From: Heterodontus francisci
Lineage: Eukaryota
DNA: 64,000 nt
Direction: 5' to 3'
Assembly (NCBI RefSeq): GCF_036365525.1
Contig: NC_090380.1
Location: 65,541,591-65,605,590 of the forward strand
Position 1 is the stretch's first letter, and each line of letters starts with the position of its first letter. Shown piece by piece: positions 48,140 to 61,075 of this stretch. The position numbers and the translations under genes were made by a program. A model generated the notes under the pieces. The model had not been told where the DNA came from. It worked only from the letters and a program-made list of their open reading frames with translations, and searched no databases.

Positions 48140-51100
48140 AAGGTGGACCTGAGAGGTAGTAATCTCAGGATTGCTACCAGTGCCACGTGATAGTCAGAGT
48201 AGAAATGAAAGAATAGTCAGGATGAATGTGTGGCTTGAGAGATGGTGCAGGAGGGAGGGGGTCAGATTTTTGGGACATTGGGACCGGTTCTGGGGGAGGT
48301 GGGACGATTACAAATTGGACGGTCTACACCTGGGCCGGACTGGAACCAATGTCCTTGGGGGTGCTTTTGCTAACGCTGTTGGGGAGGGTTTAAACTAATG
48401 TGGCAGGGGGTTGGGAACCAAATGAGGAGGTCAGTGGACAGTAAGGAGGTAGTAACTAAAGCCTGTAAGGAACTAGATAATGGAGTCAGCGTGACTAAGG
48501 GAAAGAGTAGGCAGGGAGCAGATGATGAAAGCAAAGGGACTGGTGGTCTGAGGTGAATTTGTTTTAATGTAAGAAGTGTAGTAGGTAAGGCAGATGAACT
48601 TAGGGCTTGGATTAGTACCTGGGAGTATGATGTTATTGCTATTACTGAGACTTGGTTAAGGGAAGGGCATGATTGGCAACTAAATATCCCAGGATATCGA
48701 TGCTTCAGGCGGGATAGAGAGGGAGGTAAAAGGGGTGGAGGAGTTGCATTACTGGTCAAAGAGGATATCACAGCTGTGCTGAAGGAAGGCACTATGGAGG
48801 ACTCGAGCTGTGAGGCAATATGGGCAGAACTCAGAAATAGGAAGGGTGCGGTAACAATGTTGGGGCTGTACTACAGGCCTCCCAACAGCGAGCGTGAGAT
48901 AGAGGTACAAATATGTAAACAGATTATGGAAAGATGTAGGAGCAACAGGGTGGTGGTGATAGGAGATTTTAATTTTCCCAACATTGACTGGGATTCACTT
49001 AGTGTTAGATGTCTAGATGGAGCAGAATTTGTAAGGAGCATCCAGGAGGGTTTTCTAGAGCAGTATGTAAATAGTCCAACTCGGGAAGGGGCCATACTGG
49101 ACCTGGTGTTGGGGAATGAGCCCGGCCAGGTGGTTGAAGTTTCAGTAGGGCTCTACTTTGGGAATAGTGATCACAATTCCGTAAGTTTTAGAATACTCAT
49201 GGACAAAGACGAGAGTGGTCCTAAAGGAAGAGTGCTAAATTGGGGGAAGGCCAACGATACCAAAATTCGGCAGGAGCTGGGGAATGTAGATTGGGAGCAG
49301 CTGTTTGAAGGTAAATCCACATTTGATATGCGGGAGGCTTTTAAAGAGAGGTTGATTAGCGTGCAGGAGAGACATGTTACTGTGAAAATGAGGGATAGAA
49401 ATGGCAAGATTAGGGAACCATGGATGACAGGTGAAATTGTGAGACTAGCTAAGAGGAAAAAGGAAGCATACATAAGGTCTAGGCGGCTGAAGAAAGACGA
49501 AGCTTTGGAAGAATATCGGGAATGTAGGACCAATCTGAAACGAGGAATTAAGAGGGCTAAAAGGGGTCATGAAATATCTTTAGCAAACAGGGTTAAGGAA
49601 AATCCCAAAGCCTTTTATTCATATATAAGGAGCAAGAGGGTAACTAGAGAAAGGATTGGCCCACTCAAGGACAAAGGAGGAAAGTTATGCGTGGAGTCAG
49701 AGAAAATGGGTGAGATTCGAAACGAGTACTTTGCATCGGTATTTACCGAGGAGAGGGACATGACGGATGTTGAGGTTAGGGACAGATGTTTGATTACTCT
49801 CGGTCAAGTCGGCATAAGGAGGAAGGAAGTGTTGGGTATTCTAAAAGGCATTAAGGTGGACAAGTCCCCAGGTCCGGATGGGATCTATCCCAGGTTACTG
49901 AGGGAAGCGAGAGAGGAAATAGCTGGGGCCTTAACAGATATCTTTGCAGCATCCTTAAACACGGGTGAGGTCCCGGAGGACTGGAGAATTGCTAATGTTG
50001 TCCCCTTGTTTAAGAAGGGTAGCAGGGATAATCCAGGTAATTATAGACCGGTGAGCCTGACGTCAGTGGTAGGGAAGCTGCTGGAGAAGATACTGAGGGA
50101 TAGGATCTATTCCCATTTGGAAGAAAATGGGCTCATCAGTGATAGGCAACATGGTTTTGTGCAGGGAAGGTCATGTCTAACCAACTTAATAGAATTCTTT
50201 GAGGAAGTGACAAAGTTGATTGATGACGGAAGGGCTGTCGATGTCATATACATGGACTTCAGTAAGGCGTTTGATAAGGTTCACCATGGTAGGTTGATGG
50301 AGAAAGTGAAGTCGCATGGGGTCCAGGGTGTACTAGTTAGATGGATAAAGAACTGGCTGGGCAACAGGAGACAGAGAGTAGTAGTGGAAGGGAGTTTCTC
50401 AAAATGGAGACGTGTGACCAGTGGTGTTCCACAGGGATCCGTGCTGGGACCACTGTTGTTTGTGATATACATAAATGATTTGGAGGAAAGTATAGGTGGT
50501 CTGATTAGCAAGTTTGCAGACGACACTAAGATTGGTGGAGTAGCAGATAGTGAAGGGGACTGTCAGAGAATACAGCAGAATATAGATAGATTGGAGAGTT
50601 GGGCAGAGAAATGGCAGATGGAGTTCAATCCGGGCAAATGCGAGGTGATGCATTTTGGAAGATCCAATTCAAGAGTGAAGTATACAGTAAATGGAAAAGT
50701 CCTGGGGAAAATTGATGTATAGAGAGATTTGGGTGTTCAGGTCCATTGTTCCCTGAAGGTGGCAACGCAGGTAAATAGAGTGGTCAAGAAGGCATACGGC
50801 ATGCTTTCCTTCATCGGACGGGGTATTGAGTACAAGAGTTAGCAGGTCATGTTACAGTTGTATAGGACTTTGGTTCGGCCACATTTGGAATACTGCGTGC
50901 AGTTCTGGTCGCCACATTACCAAAAGGATGTGGATGCTTTGGAGAGGGTGCAGAGGAGGTTCACCAGGATGTTGCCTGGTATGGAGGGTGCTAGCTATGA
51001 AGAGAGGTTGAGTAGATTAGGATTATTTTCATTAGAAAGGTGGAGGTTGAGGGGGGACCTGATTGAGGTGTACAAAATCATGAGAGGTATAGACAGGGTG

Positions 51101-51437
51101 GATAGCAAGAAGCTTTTTCCCAGAGTGGGGGATTCAAATACTAGGGGTCACGAGTTCAAAGTGAGAGGGGAAAAGTTTAGGGGGGATATGCGTGGAAAGT
51201 TCTTTACGCAGAGGGTGGTGGGTGACTGGAACGCGTTGCCGGCCGAGGTGGTAGATGCGAACACGATAGCGTCTTTTAAGATGTATCTAGACAGATACAT
51301 GAATGGGCAGGAAGCAAAGAGATACAGACCCTTAGAAAATAGGCGACATGTTTAGGTAGAGGATCTGGATCGGCGCAGGCTTGGAGGGCCGAAGGGCCTG
51401 TTCCTGTGCTGTAATTTTCTTTGTTCTTTGTTCTTTG
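48140..51437 (+). mobile_element. Near-full-length CR1 LINE: ORF1 SGNH-esterase C-terminus and ORF2 APE-RT
   Basis: ORF1 ..LLPVPR..DGLHL..; ORF2 TETW, YYRPP, GDFN, SDH, PQGSVLGP, FADD in one frame with three stops (48554, 50720, 50840); (TTCTTTG)n tail. Confidence 0.96.
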
Positions 51438-51689
51438 ATCATCAGCTCAACAAAGAATCCAAGTGAATAATTTAGTGTCTTAATCCTTTGCTTTCTCGGT
51501 ATTGAATCGAGTACTGATGTTATAGCTGTATTGTTGATGGCATGTATTTGCACTCAAACATTTAGATAAAGTAGCATATGACTAACACAATTTCCCTGTC
51601 AAATGCTTGACATGAGTGTATTCTTAAATATAGTTCTGTATAATATAAAGAATTGAAGACATGTCTTCATTGACAACATTTATGGGAAA

Positions 51690-52160
51690 ATCTCGCACCA
51701 AGTCCCGTTCATCCATCACTCCTGTGCTTACAGACCTACATTGGCTCCTGGTTAAGCAACGCCTCGATTTTAAAATTCTCATCCTTGTTTTAGAATCCCT
51801 CCATGACCATGAACCTCCTTATCTCTGTAACCTCCTCCAGCCCTACAACTCTCCGAGATATCTGCGCTCCTCTAATCCTGGCTTGTTGCACATCTGAATT
51901 TTAATCATTCCACCAGTGGCAGCTGTGCCTTCAGCTGCTGAGACCATAAGCTCTGGAATTCCCTTTCTAAGGCTCTCTGCCTCACTTTCCTCCTTTAAGA
52001 TGCTCCTTAAAACCTACCTCTTTGACCAAGATTTTGGTCATTTGCCCTAATATCTCCTGATATGGCTCTGTGTCAAATTTTGTTTTATAATGCACCTGTG
52101 AAGTGCCTTGGGGCTTTTTATTATGTTAAAGGCACTATATAAATGCAAGTTGTTGTTGTT
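51690..52160 (+). mobile_element. L2 3' end
   Basis: ITPVLTDLHWL..QRLDFKIL; (GTT)n tail. Confidence 0.88.
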
Positions 52161-52539
52161 CAGGAATATTTGAAGTCCTTTGCCATCTGTGTAGAAATAC
52201 TTTATTGATTTTTACCACAGAATTACAAAGCCATACCCATCATGCATTCTTGTATGTTTTTGTAATTCATTTTTTTCTCCTTGCAATATAGGACTATAGA
52301 AGTTTACTGCAATGAAGGACCTTTGCTCCATTGTGTCTGTGCAGGCACTTTGCTGAAGCAATCCAAAACGATCCTATTCTCCTGCTATCTTCCCATAGCC
52401 TTGTAGATTCCACAGCTTCAAATATTTATCCAATTTTCCTCTCCTCACTTCCTTCCTGATAATTTTAAATTGATATTTCCTCATTAGCCACGGAACAAAC
52501 AAAGAAAGTAGTCTTTTCCAATTACCCTATCATAACACA

Positions 52540-52876
52540 GCGCAGCATGGTGGCACAGTAGTTAGCACTGTAGTCTCACAGCTCCAGCGCCCGGGTTCAA
52601 TTCTGGGTACTGCCTGTGCGGAGTTTGCAAGTTCTCCCTGTGACTGCGTGGGTTTTGGCCAGGTGCTCCGGTTTCCTCCCACAGCCAAAGACTTGCAGGT
52701 TAATAGGTAAATTGGCCATTATAAAAATTGCCCCTAGGTACTACTACCTAGTATAGGTAGGTGGTGTGGGGATGTGGTAGGAATATGGGATTAATGTAGG
52801 ATAGTATAAATGGGTGGCTGATGGTCGGCACAGACTCGAAGGGCCTGTATCAGTGCTGTATTTGTAAATAAATAAA
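52540..52876 (+). mobile_element. HE1-type V-SINE
   Basis: HE1 head, V-domain and tail. Confidence 0.88.
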
Positions 52877-52929
52877 CGCTGATTTTAAAACCTTCATTAA
52901 ATCTTCCTTTAGCCTTTTCTTCTCCAGTG

Positions 52930-54270
52930 GAAGGAAAGACTTGCATTTACATGTAGTGAAGGACCCTGTAGATAGCTAGGGTGGCATGTGCTACTTGGAA
53001 TTTTTGTACTGCTGTTTAATCTCTGAGAGGTGATCTAATTGAAACATATAAAATTCTTAAGGGGCTTGACAGGGTAGATGCTGGGAAAATGTTTCTACTG
53101 GCCAGGGAATCTAGAACAAGGGGTTGACCATTTAGGACTAAGATTAAGAGAAATTTCTTCATTCAAAGTATTGTGAATCTTTGTAATCCTCTACCCCAGA
53201 GAGTTATGGATGCTCAGTCATTGAGTATATTTAAGACAAGAGATCGATAGATTTTTGGGTACTATGGTAATTAAAGGATACAGGGGTAGTGTGGGAAGAT
53301 GGAGTTGAGGTAGAAGATTAGCCATGATCTTATTGAATGATGGAGCAGGCTCAATGGGCCAAATGGCCTCCTCCAGCTCCTATTTCTTAAGTTCCTATGT
53401 ATCATCTTTCATGGCTTCAAGCTGTTTCAATGTGTTTCACCACCAATGAAGTACTTTTGAAGTGTAATCACTGCTGTAATGTAAGAAATGCAGTAGTCAA
53501 TTTGTGCCACCCAGCTCCCACAAACAGAAATGTGATAATGACCAGATAATCTGTTTTTTAGTGATGTTGGTTGAGGAATAAATATTGATCAGGAAAAGGT
53601 TATTTGAAATAATGCCCTGGGATCCTTTATGTCCACCTGAGAGGGCAGATGGAGCCTCAGCTTAATGTCTCATCCAACTCCCTCAATACTGCACTGGAGT
53701 GTCAACAGAGGTTATGTGACCAAATAAAAACAGAAAATGCTGGAAATATTTCAAATTCATATGTTCAAATATTTCAGATTTCCAGCGTCTGCAGTATCTA
53801 GCTTTTGTGTTATATGTCCAAATCTCTAGAATGGGACTTACGAACATACGAATTAGGAGCAGGAGTAGGCCACTCGGCCCCTCGAGCCTGCACTGCCATT
53901 CAATAAGTTCATGGCTGAACTGATTACTCCACATTTCCACCTAAACCCGATAACCTTTCACGCTGTTGCTTATCAAGAATCTATCTACCTCTGCCTTAAA
54001 AATATTCAAAGACTCTGCTTCCACTGCCTTTTGAGGAAGAGAAATCCAAAGACTCACGACCCTCCTAGAGAAAAAAATTCTCCTCATCTCTGTCTTAAAT
54101 AAGCGACCCCTTATTTTTAACAGTGACCCCCTAGTTCTAGATTCTCCCACAAGGGGAAACATCCTTTCCACATCCACCCTGTCAAGATCCCTCAGGATCT
54201 TAAATGTTTCAACCAACTTGAATCCACAATCTCAGAGAGCTAATTGCTCCCCACTGAGCCACAGCTGACA
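52930..54270 (-). mobile_element. DeuSINE-like element interrupted by CR1 (+, ~53020-53400), Penelope fragment (~53720-53810) and CR1 (-, ~53840-54215)
   Basis: Colinear SINE pieces: tail gacttgcattta; Deu core cccacaaacag..gatcctttatgtccacctgagagggcaga; head cactgagccacagctga. Confidence 0.7.
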
Positions 54271-54694
54271 TTTCAGTGACACCAGTATCTCAAGTCTCTC
54301 CTCAGAATATAGTTTCCAATCTCTGGCATTGTCCTTCTGAATCTACACCGTATGCAGACTATGGCTCTAATGTCCTTTCTATAATAAGATTCCCAAAAAT
54401 GCACACAATACTCTAACAATAGTCTAATCAATGTTACAATAATTTTAAATAAAATTTAGAATAAACAGATAATACTGAATAACAATTGGTCACATCAATA
54501 TTTGGTTTCACGAATAAGATTGAAAATCCAACAAAAGACAAAGAAAGCAACACTAGGAACATTAAAAGCAGTTCTCGTACACTACGTGTGACTTTGTAGA
54601 ACATCAAATCAATTCCAATACATGTGAAATTCACTGTATATGATTTTTTTAACCTACATTAGTTACCCTGTTACTAGTGTAACATTACACTCAT

Positions 54695-56145
54695 TACACT
54701 TGCTGCTCCCCAAATCTCAATGTGGGTTTAGGCCATCGAGAGGCACTGCTGACATGATTTTTACAGTTTGCCAACTACAAGAAAAATGTCGCGAACAACA
54801 TCAATCTCTTTGCATAGTATTTTTTGACTTGACAAAGGCCTTCAACTCTGTAAATCGTGAGACACTCTGGAAGATTCTGTTGAAGTATGGATGTCCTCCA
54901 AAATTCGTTACCATCCTTCACCTGCTTCATGATGATATGTGAGTGGTGATCTTTAGCAATGGATCCATTACAGACCCCTTTGAGGTTAAGACAGGAGTTA
55001 AACAAGGTTGTGTCATCGCCTCAACTCTTTTTTCGATCTTCTTAGCTGCTATGCTCCTTCTGATTAGAGACAAGCTCTGTGCTGGAATGCAGCTTATTTA
55101 TCAACTGGACGGTAAACTATTTAATCTCGGATGACTCCAATCAAAAACAAAATTCACCCCAACTTCAGTCATTGAGCTCCAATGATGATAATACTCCAGT
55201 AAGTGCTGTGTTGGAAATTAATCTTCAGAGAATCGTTGACATATTTACTGTGCCATATGAGAAAATGGGACTTACACTCAACATTCAGAAGACCAAAGTC
55301 CTCCATCAGCAAGCTCCAAATGCACACGCCCCAGCCCCATGGATTAGGATTCATGATGAGTGCTTGGAAAATGTGGAACACTTCCAGTACCTTGGAAGTT
55401 ATCTTTCAAATAAGGCTAACATTGACAAAGAATCCAGCATTGCCTGAAATATGCTGCTGGTGCAGCCTTTGGCCACATGAGGAAGCAAGTGTTTGAAGAT
55501 CGCGACTGAAACCAAGCTCATGGTCTACCAAGCAGTTGTGATCCCTACTTTACAGTAAGGGGCTGAAACATGGACAATGTACAGGAGGCACCTCAAAGCA
55601 CTGGAGTCATATCATCAACGCTGCCTGCGGAAAATTCTACATACCATGTAGGAGGACAGGCACACCAACATCAGTGTCCTCTCACAAGCAGGCACCACAA
55701 GCATCGAGGCTATGATTATCCGCCATCAGCTTCTTTCGGTGGGTCATGTAGTTCGGATGTCAGATACCAATCTCCCAAAACAGGTCTTCTTCTCCTAGCT
55801 CAGTCAGGGCAGACACACCAGAGGAGGACAGAAGAAGCGTTTCAAGGATGTGCTGAAAGCCAACATGAAGAAATGCAACATTGAGATCATTGCCCTGGAC
55901 TGAACCAGATGGAGGCAGAGTCTCTGGGGAGGATCCCAGCATTTTGAGACCCAACGAAGACAAAATGAAGAGGAAAAGTGAGAATGGCGAAAAGAACAAG
56001 CCTTGACCCAAACTAATAATACACACTAGACATCCCACATGACAACAAATGCCCTATGTGCCATAAAGTCTGTAGATCCCGAATCGGCCTCATCCGCCAT
56101 CTTCGGACTCGAGGAAGACAATCACCCTCGCCTGTAAGGGATAGT
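54695..56145 (+). mobile_element. Old decayed RTE-clade LINE, a different family from the young copies
   Basis: SQCGFRPSRGTADMIF, FFDLTKAF, GVKQGCV, FQYLGS; many stops and frameshifts. Confidence 0.9.
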
Positions 56146-56789
56146 CAATCTCACCAGTGTTATACTTAGATCAGAATTTGTTATCTCAGACATTATCATC
56201 ATTTAAATTAAATGTACTTATCCTTAACATTTGTTAAACATCTTCCAAGTGCTGGAAAATGGGATTAGAATAGCTAGGTGTTTGATAGCCAGCACGGACA
56301 CGATGGGCCGAAGGGCCTGTTTCTGTACTGTATAGCTCTATGACAAGAATTATTTTCCTGAGCTTATACCATTCCTTCACCCATCAAGCTCTGAAATTCC
56401 CTCTTGTATACCTCTCTCTCCACCTTTAAAATGTTACTTAAAACCCAAGCTCTTTAACCAAGCTTTTAGTCACTTGTCCTCATATTTCCTCCTTTAGCTC
56501 AGTGTCAATTTTGTCTGATTACGCTCCTGGGAAACACCTTGAGACATTTTACTATATTACTGACACTATATGAATGCAAGTTGTTCTTGTTGAATATTAG
56601 TATTTGTGGTTGCTTCTGTTATCAGCATGTGCAGGAAATAAAATTCACATATTTCTTGTCACAATTGCGTGGGTAGAGCAACCTCTTTCTGTGGGTCTCC
56701 AGAGTCCTTGAAGGTGTTGTCTCCTCCCAAATCTGTGCCCATCTTTCCAAGAACTCTGTACTTGAATCCGTCCAGTCAGATATCTGCCC

Positions 56790-58003
56790 CTGTCACAGTA
56801 CTGAAACAGCTCTTAACAAAGTCACAAATTGTATCCTATGTGACTGGGCCAAATGTAAACATTTCCTCCTCATCCCTCTTGACCTGTCTGCAGCCTTTGA
56901 TGTGGCTGACCACACCATCCTCCTCCAACACCTCTCCACTGTCATCCAGCTGGGTAGGACTGCTCTTGCCTGGATCCATTCTTTTCTTTCTAATCGTGGC
57001 CAGAGTATCACTTGCAATCGCTTCTCTTGCTCCCGTATCATTACCTCTGGTGTCCCCAAGGATCCCAAGGTGGCCCCTCCTATTTCTCATCTATATGCTG
57101 CCCCTTGGTGACATCATCTGAAAGCATGGTGTTAATTTTCACATGTACACTGATGACACCCATCTCTAGCTCACCACCAGCTCTTTCACTCCTCCACTGT
57201 TGCTAACTTACCAGACTGCGTATTCAACATCCAATACTGGATGAGCAGAAATTAAATATTAGGAAGACATTGTTTTCGATTGCCGCTCCAAACTCCGTTC
57301 CCTCGCTAGCAACTCCATCCCTCTCTCTGGCAACTGGCTGAGACTAAACAAGGCTGTTCGCAACTTTAGTGTTACATTTGACCCCGCAATGAGCTTCCGA
57401 GCACATATTTGCGCCATCACTAACACCGCCTATTTCCAGCTCTGTAACATTGCCCAACTTTACCCCTGCCTCAGTTCATCTACTGCTGAAACCCTCATTC
57501 ATACCTTTCTTATCTCTGGACTTGACTGTTTCAGTACAGGCCGATCTCCCACATTCTACCCTCCATAAACCTGAAGTCATCCAAAACTGCTGCCTGTGTC
57601 CTAACTCGCACCATATCCCATTCACCTATGTTCACTGACCTACATTGGATCCTGTTAAGCAATATTTTGATATTAAAATTCTCATCCTTGTTTTCAAATC
57701 CCTCCATGATCTCACCCCTCCCTATCTCTGTAATCTGCTCTAGCTCCACAACTCTCTGAGATATCTTCGCTCATCTAATTCTGGCCTCTTGAGCATCCTC
57801 GATTTATACCTCTCTGTCTCTCTACCTCACTTCCCTATTTTAAGACACACCTTAAAACCTATCTCTTTGACCAATCTTTTGGTCATCTGACCTAATATCT
57901 CCTTCCGTGGCTCAGTTTCATATTTTGTTTTATCACTCCTTTGAAGTGCTTTGGGATGTTTTGTTACGGTTAAGGTACTATATAAACATAAGTTGTTGTC
58001 GTT
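56790..58003 (+). mobile_element. L2 LINE RT and 3' end, decayed
   Basis: LDLSAAFD..DH.ILL, GVP.GS..GP.LF.IY, HMYTDDT; tail aagttgttgtcgtt. Confidence 0.9.
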
Positions 58004-58849
58004 ATCTAGTTGCAACAAAAACATCTTTAATTCTGTAGGATTGTAATTCATTCTCAAAAAAAGGTTTCCAATTTTCTGACACAATACTTTTTATAACTAC
58101 TTCACTGAAAACATGATGCTACATGGTATTGATATATCATTATCGCTGACCTAACAATTTTACTTTATTATTACTATGTTGATCCCTAAATTTCAGTTTG
58201 AATATACATGCATCCCTTTGCCTAAAATATTTATGCTGTGTGTCCCCATTAATAGATCCTCTTGGCCCTGGGACCTTTCTGTTTCTCTTGGCCACATCAT
58301 CTAGGTGCATTTACTCACTGAGCAATCAGAAGAAGCATTGTCCCATCCTAACACTATTAATTAATTAATCTGTTTAAAATTGAGCCCTCATTTATGTGTT
58401 AAAAAGGAAAGAAAGTTCAGGTCGCATCCCTTTTGTTCAAAGTATGAAAATAAAAATGAAATATTTAGCTCCCAAATTGGGAAGATCTGATTTGGCTCAT
58501 CGGCTGATCCGAAGCCCTGACACCATTTTTGGGACCTTTGCGTACTTTGAATTGATATAAGTGGAGGGGAAGAAAACATAAGATTGAGTATGGTGGTTAT
58601 CCATGGGCTAAATTGAAAAAGAAATTGCATTTAAATACTGTATTGCCAGGTCGAAATATTTCCAAGTACTTTACATAGTGAGTTACTTTTTGAAATATAG
58701 GGACTGTTTTTAGATAGCCAGAGGTGGCAACAAGTCTGCCTCAACGATGTCCCAGAAACAAATCCAACAGATAGATTTGTGTCTGTTTATTTGTAAATAC
58801 AAGAATGGTGGAGTAGTGTACTTCAACTTTCTTCACCTTTTCATGTTCC

Positions 58850-60200
58850 TCAAAGGGGGAGGCGGTGGTGGCGCGGAGGAGGAACAATGTTGCTGTTTGG
58901 TCGATAGGTGGCGCTTGCAAACGTGTGGCCTCCTCCACTACCCGGTGACATCATCATCCGGGGCTGCGGGTGATGTCCGGCCGGGGATTGAGGTGTTGGA
59001 GGGCGGCTTCAGGCGGAGGCGGCGTGAGTGGAGTGGAGGGGTCGGGAAAACAAATACTAATGGAATGAGAGGAAAAAATAACAGCAACATTCCCCTTTCC
59101 CTTCCATTAAAAGAATCCAAAGACGAACAGCTGGGAGTTTACGTAGAATCAGGGCTCTGATATTTTAACAATAACAAGACTGACTTTTGTTTGGCGGTCT
59201 GGGGTTTAAAATTGATTATTTTTGGGAAAAAATTCGGAGACAAACAGGACGAAATCCCCCAATAACCAGAACCCCTCAGGCCTTCATTTTTTTTCTCCCT
59301 CTTTTATTTTTAACCCGTTCTTGACTATTTTCTTCCTCTTGTGCGTCTCGGTGTCGTCGCAGGCCATTGCGTCTGCTCTGTTTGTGCAGTTTTTTTTAAC
59401 TAACGCGCACCGCCGCCATATTGTTGTGTGGCTCCGTCCTGGTGAGAGCGGGGCTGGTGGTTGGCGTGGATTTAATTAAAGGGTGACAGGAAGGAATAAA
59501 GCAGAGGGGGGAGAAAGAGGGGGGAAAGAAACGAGGAACAAACAGAAGGAAGAGAGAGAAAAAAAATCAAAAGTTATTTCCCCCTCCCCCCTTTTCCCCC
59601 TCCCCTTGTTCACTCTCACCCTCCCTACGCAACCCAGGCTTACAGTCCTGGAAAAGGAGACCTCATTCCTGGTAAGGCATTGGACTGTCGAGTTGTTATA
59701 AATTTGTTTTCAATTCAGGGTGTGTTTGTGTGAGGGTGGGGGATGAAAGTTTAGTTGTTCAGCCGATGTGATTTTTTTTTTACGGTGAAGCTAAAAGGCT
59801 GTGTTTGGGGCTTGAAAAGTCTGGAAAGCATCGTGAATAACGAAAGAAGCTGTTTACATATCTTAGGGCATTTGCCGGCGACGGTAAAGCCGGCTGCTGC
59901 TTGTGTGAGCAGGAAAATGGCTGACAGGCTCGCCTTATCAGCCTGTCTGTGTGAGGGGAAAGCGCCCGTTTTTTTGCAGAAAGCCTGCAGGGGGTTGATG
60001 TGTCATTGGGCTCAAGTTATAGTAGCGAGTCCTTTCACTCCCCAACCTTAAAATTGAATCTTCGTTTCTTTGAACGAGATGGAAATAGAATATTTCCCCT
60101 TTCCTTTCTTGGACTGTTAAACGCCATTTCTGAGGTGGAGTGATTTTTCTGGTGGAAAATGTAGGCCTCGACTACGCCTGAAACATCAGGCCTAGTCTAC
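58850..60200 (+). promoter_or_regulatory. CpG-island-like promoter and candidate non-coding first exons of an unidentified host gene
   Basis: Repeat-free and locally CpG-rich; YY1 motifs CCGCCATATT (59413-59422) and AAAATGGC (59914-59921); donors GTGAGT (59024), GTGAGA (59442), GTAAGG (59672). Confidence 0.65.
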
Positions 60201-61075
60201 AGTTAATGTTTTTAAACAGTAGTCATCTTACAATGAATGGTGTTAATGATTAGAATATGTGCTTTTTAGAAATGGCAAGTTCTAAATTTCTAATTTAGAA
60301 GAACCTTACGCGTTTACGATTGTAGTCTCATTACACATAAATGTAAAGTCATTCACTTGCTTAAAACATTCACGTGCGGTTGAAATTTCAATATATTGAT
60401 GTAGTATGTGTATGTTAAGCTGCTACATATGTTCAAATTTTAAGAAATAATGGGTTGCAAATCCACCCTAGTAATGAAATAGCATTTTCTCCTTTTTGCA
60501 GTTATACGATCGGTGAATTGCTGTATATTTAATGGTTTAGGTGGTAACAGATTGTATTCGAGCAGTCCGATTTTGCTGAAATCATCATACCTATAATTGT
60601 AAAAGGTTTTCCTTTTTTCAAAAACTACAGCAGTTAGATTACTGCCAGTAACGAGGGATCATCTGTCTTTGTGCTGTCAATCTGCCATAACCTTAGGTTG
60701 GACAGAAACTCGGACTTTATTTTAGCCATTTTTGAAAGTGATTGCAACTGCTTGAGAATTCCAGTATGAAAGCTACATGATTGCATCCATAGTGCTTATT
60801 TATAAGTAGTAGACAAAACGGAATTTCTCAGTAACAGTAAATTAAAAGAGCATTATCAATCATAGCATCTTTGAAAGAAGATGGCTACCTGCATTTTGAG
60901 AAATTAAGACCTAATAACTGTACTAATTATGTCCACACGAACAAAGTTGATTTCAGTAGAAGTCTAAATATCTGTTCAAAGCTCAATTTCTTTTTAAAAA
61001 AAAAAGTCTAGGAGCCTACACCGCAGCTTATGATTGCTCACTAAAATGAAAGCATCGACCTTTCCTAAAGTAAAG

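Noticed and set aside
58747-59160. 137-aa ORF (and antisense ORFs) at the CpG island as a coding first exon
   Set aside because: No recognisable domain; open frames are expected in GC-rich promoter DNA.
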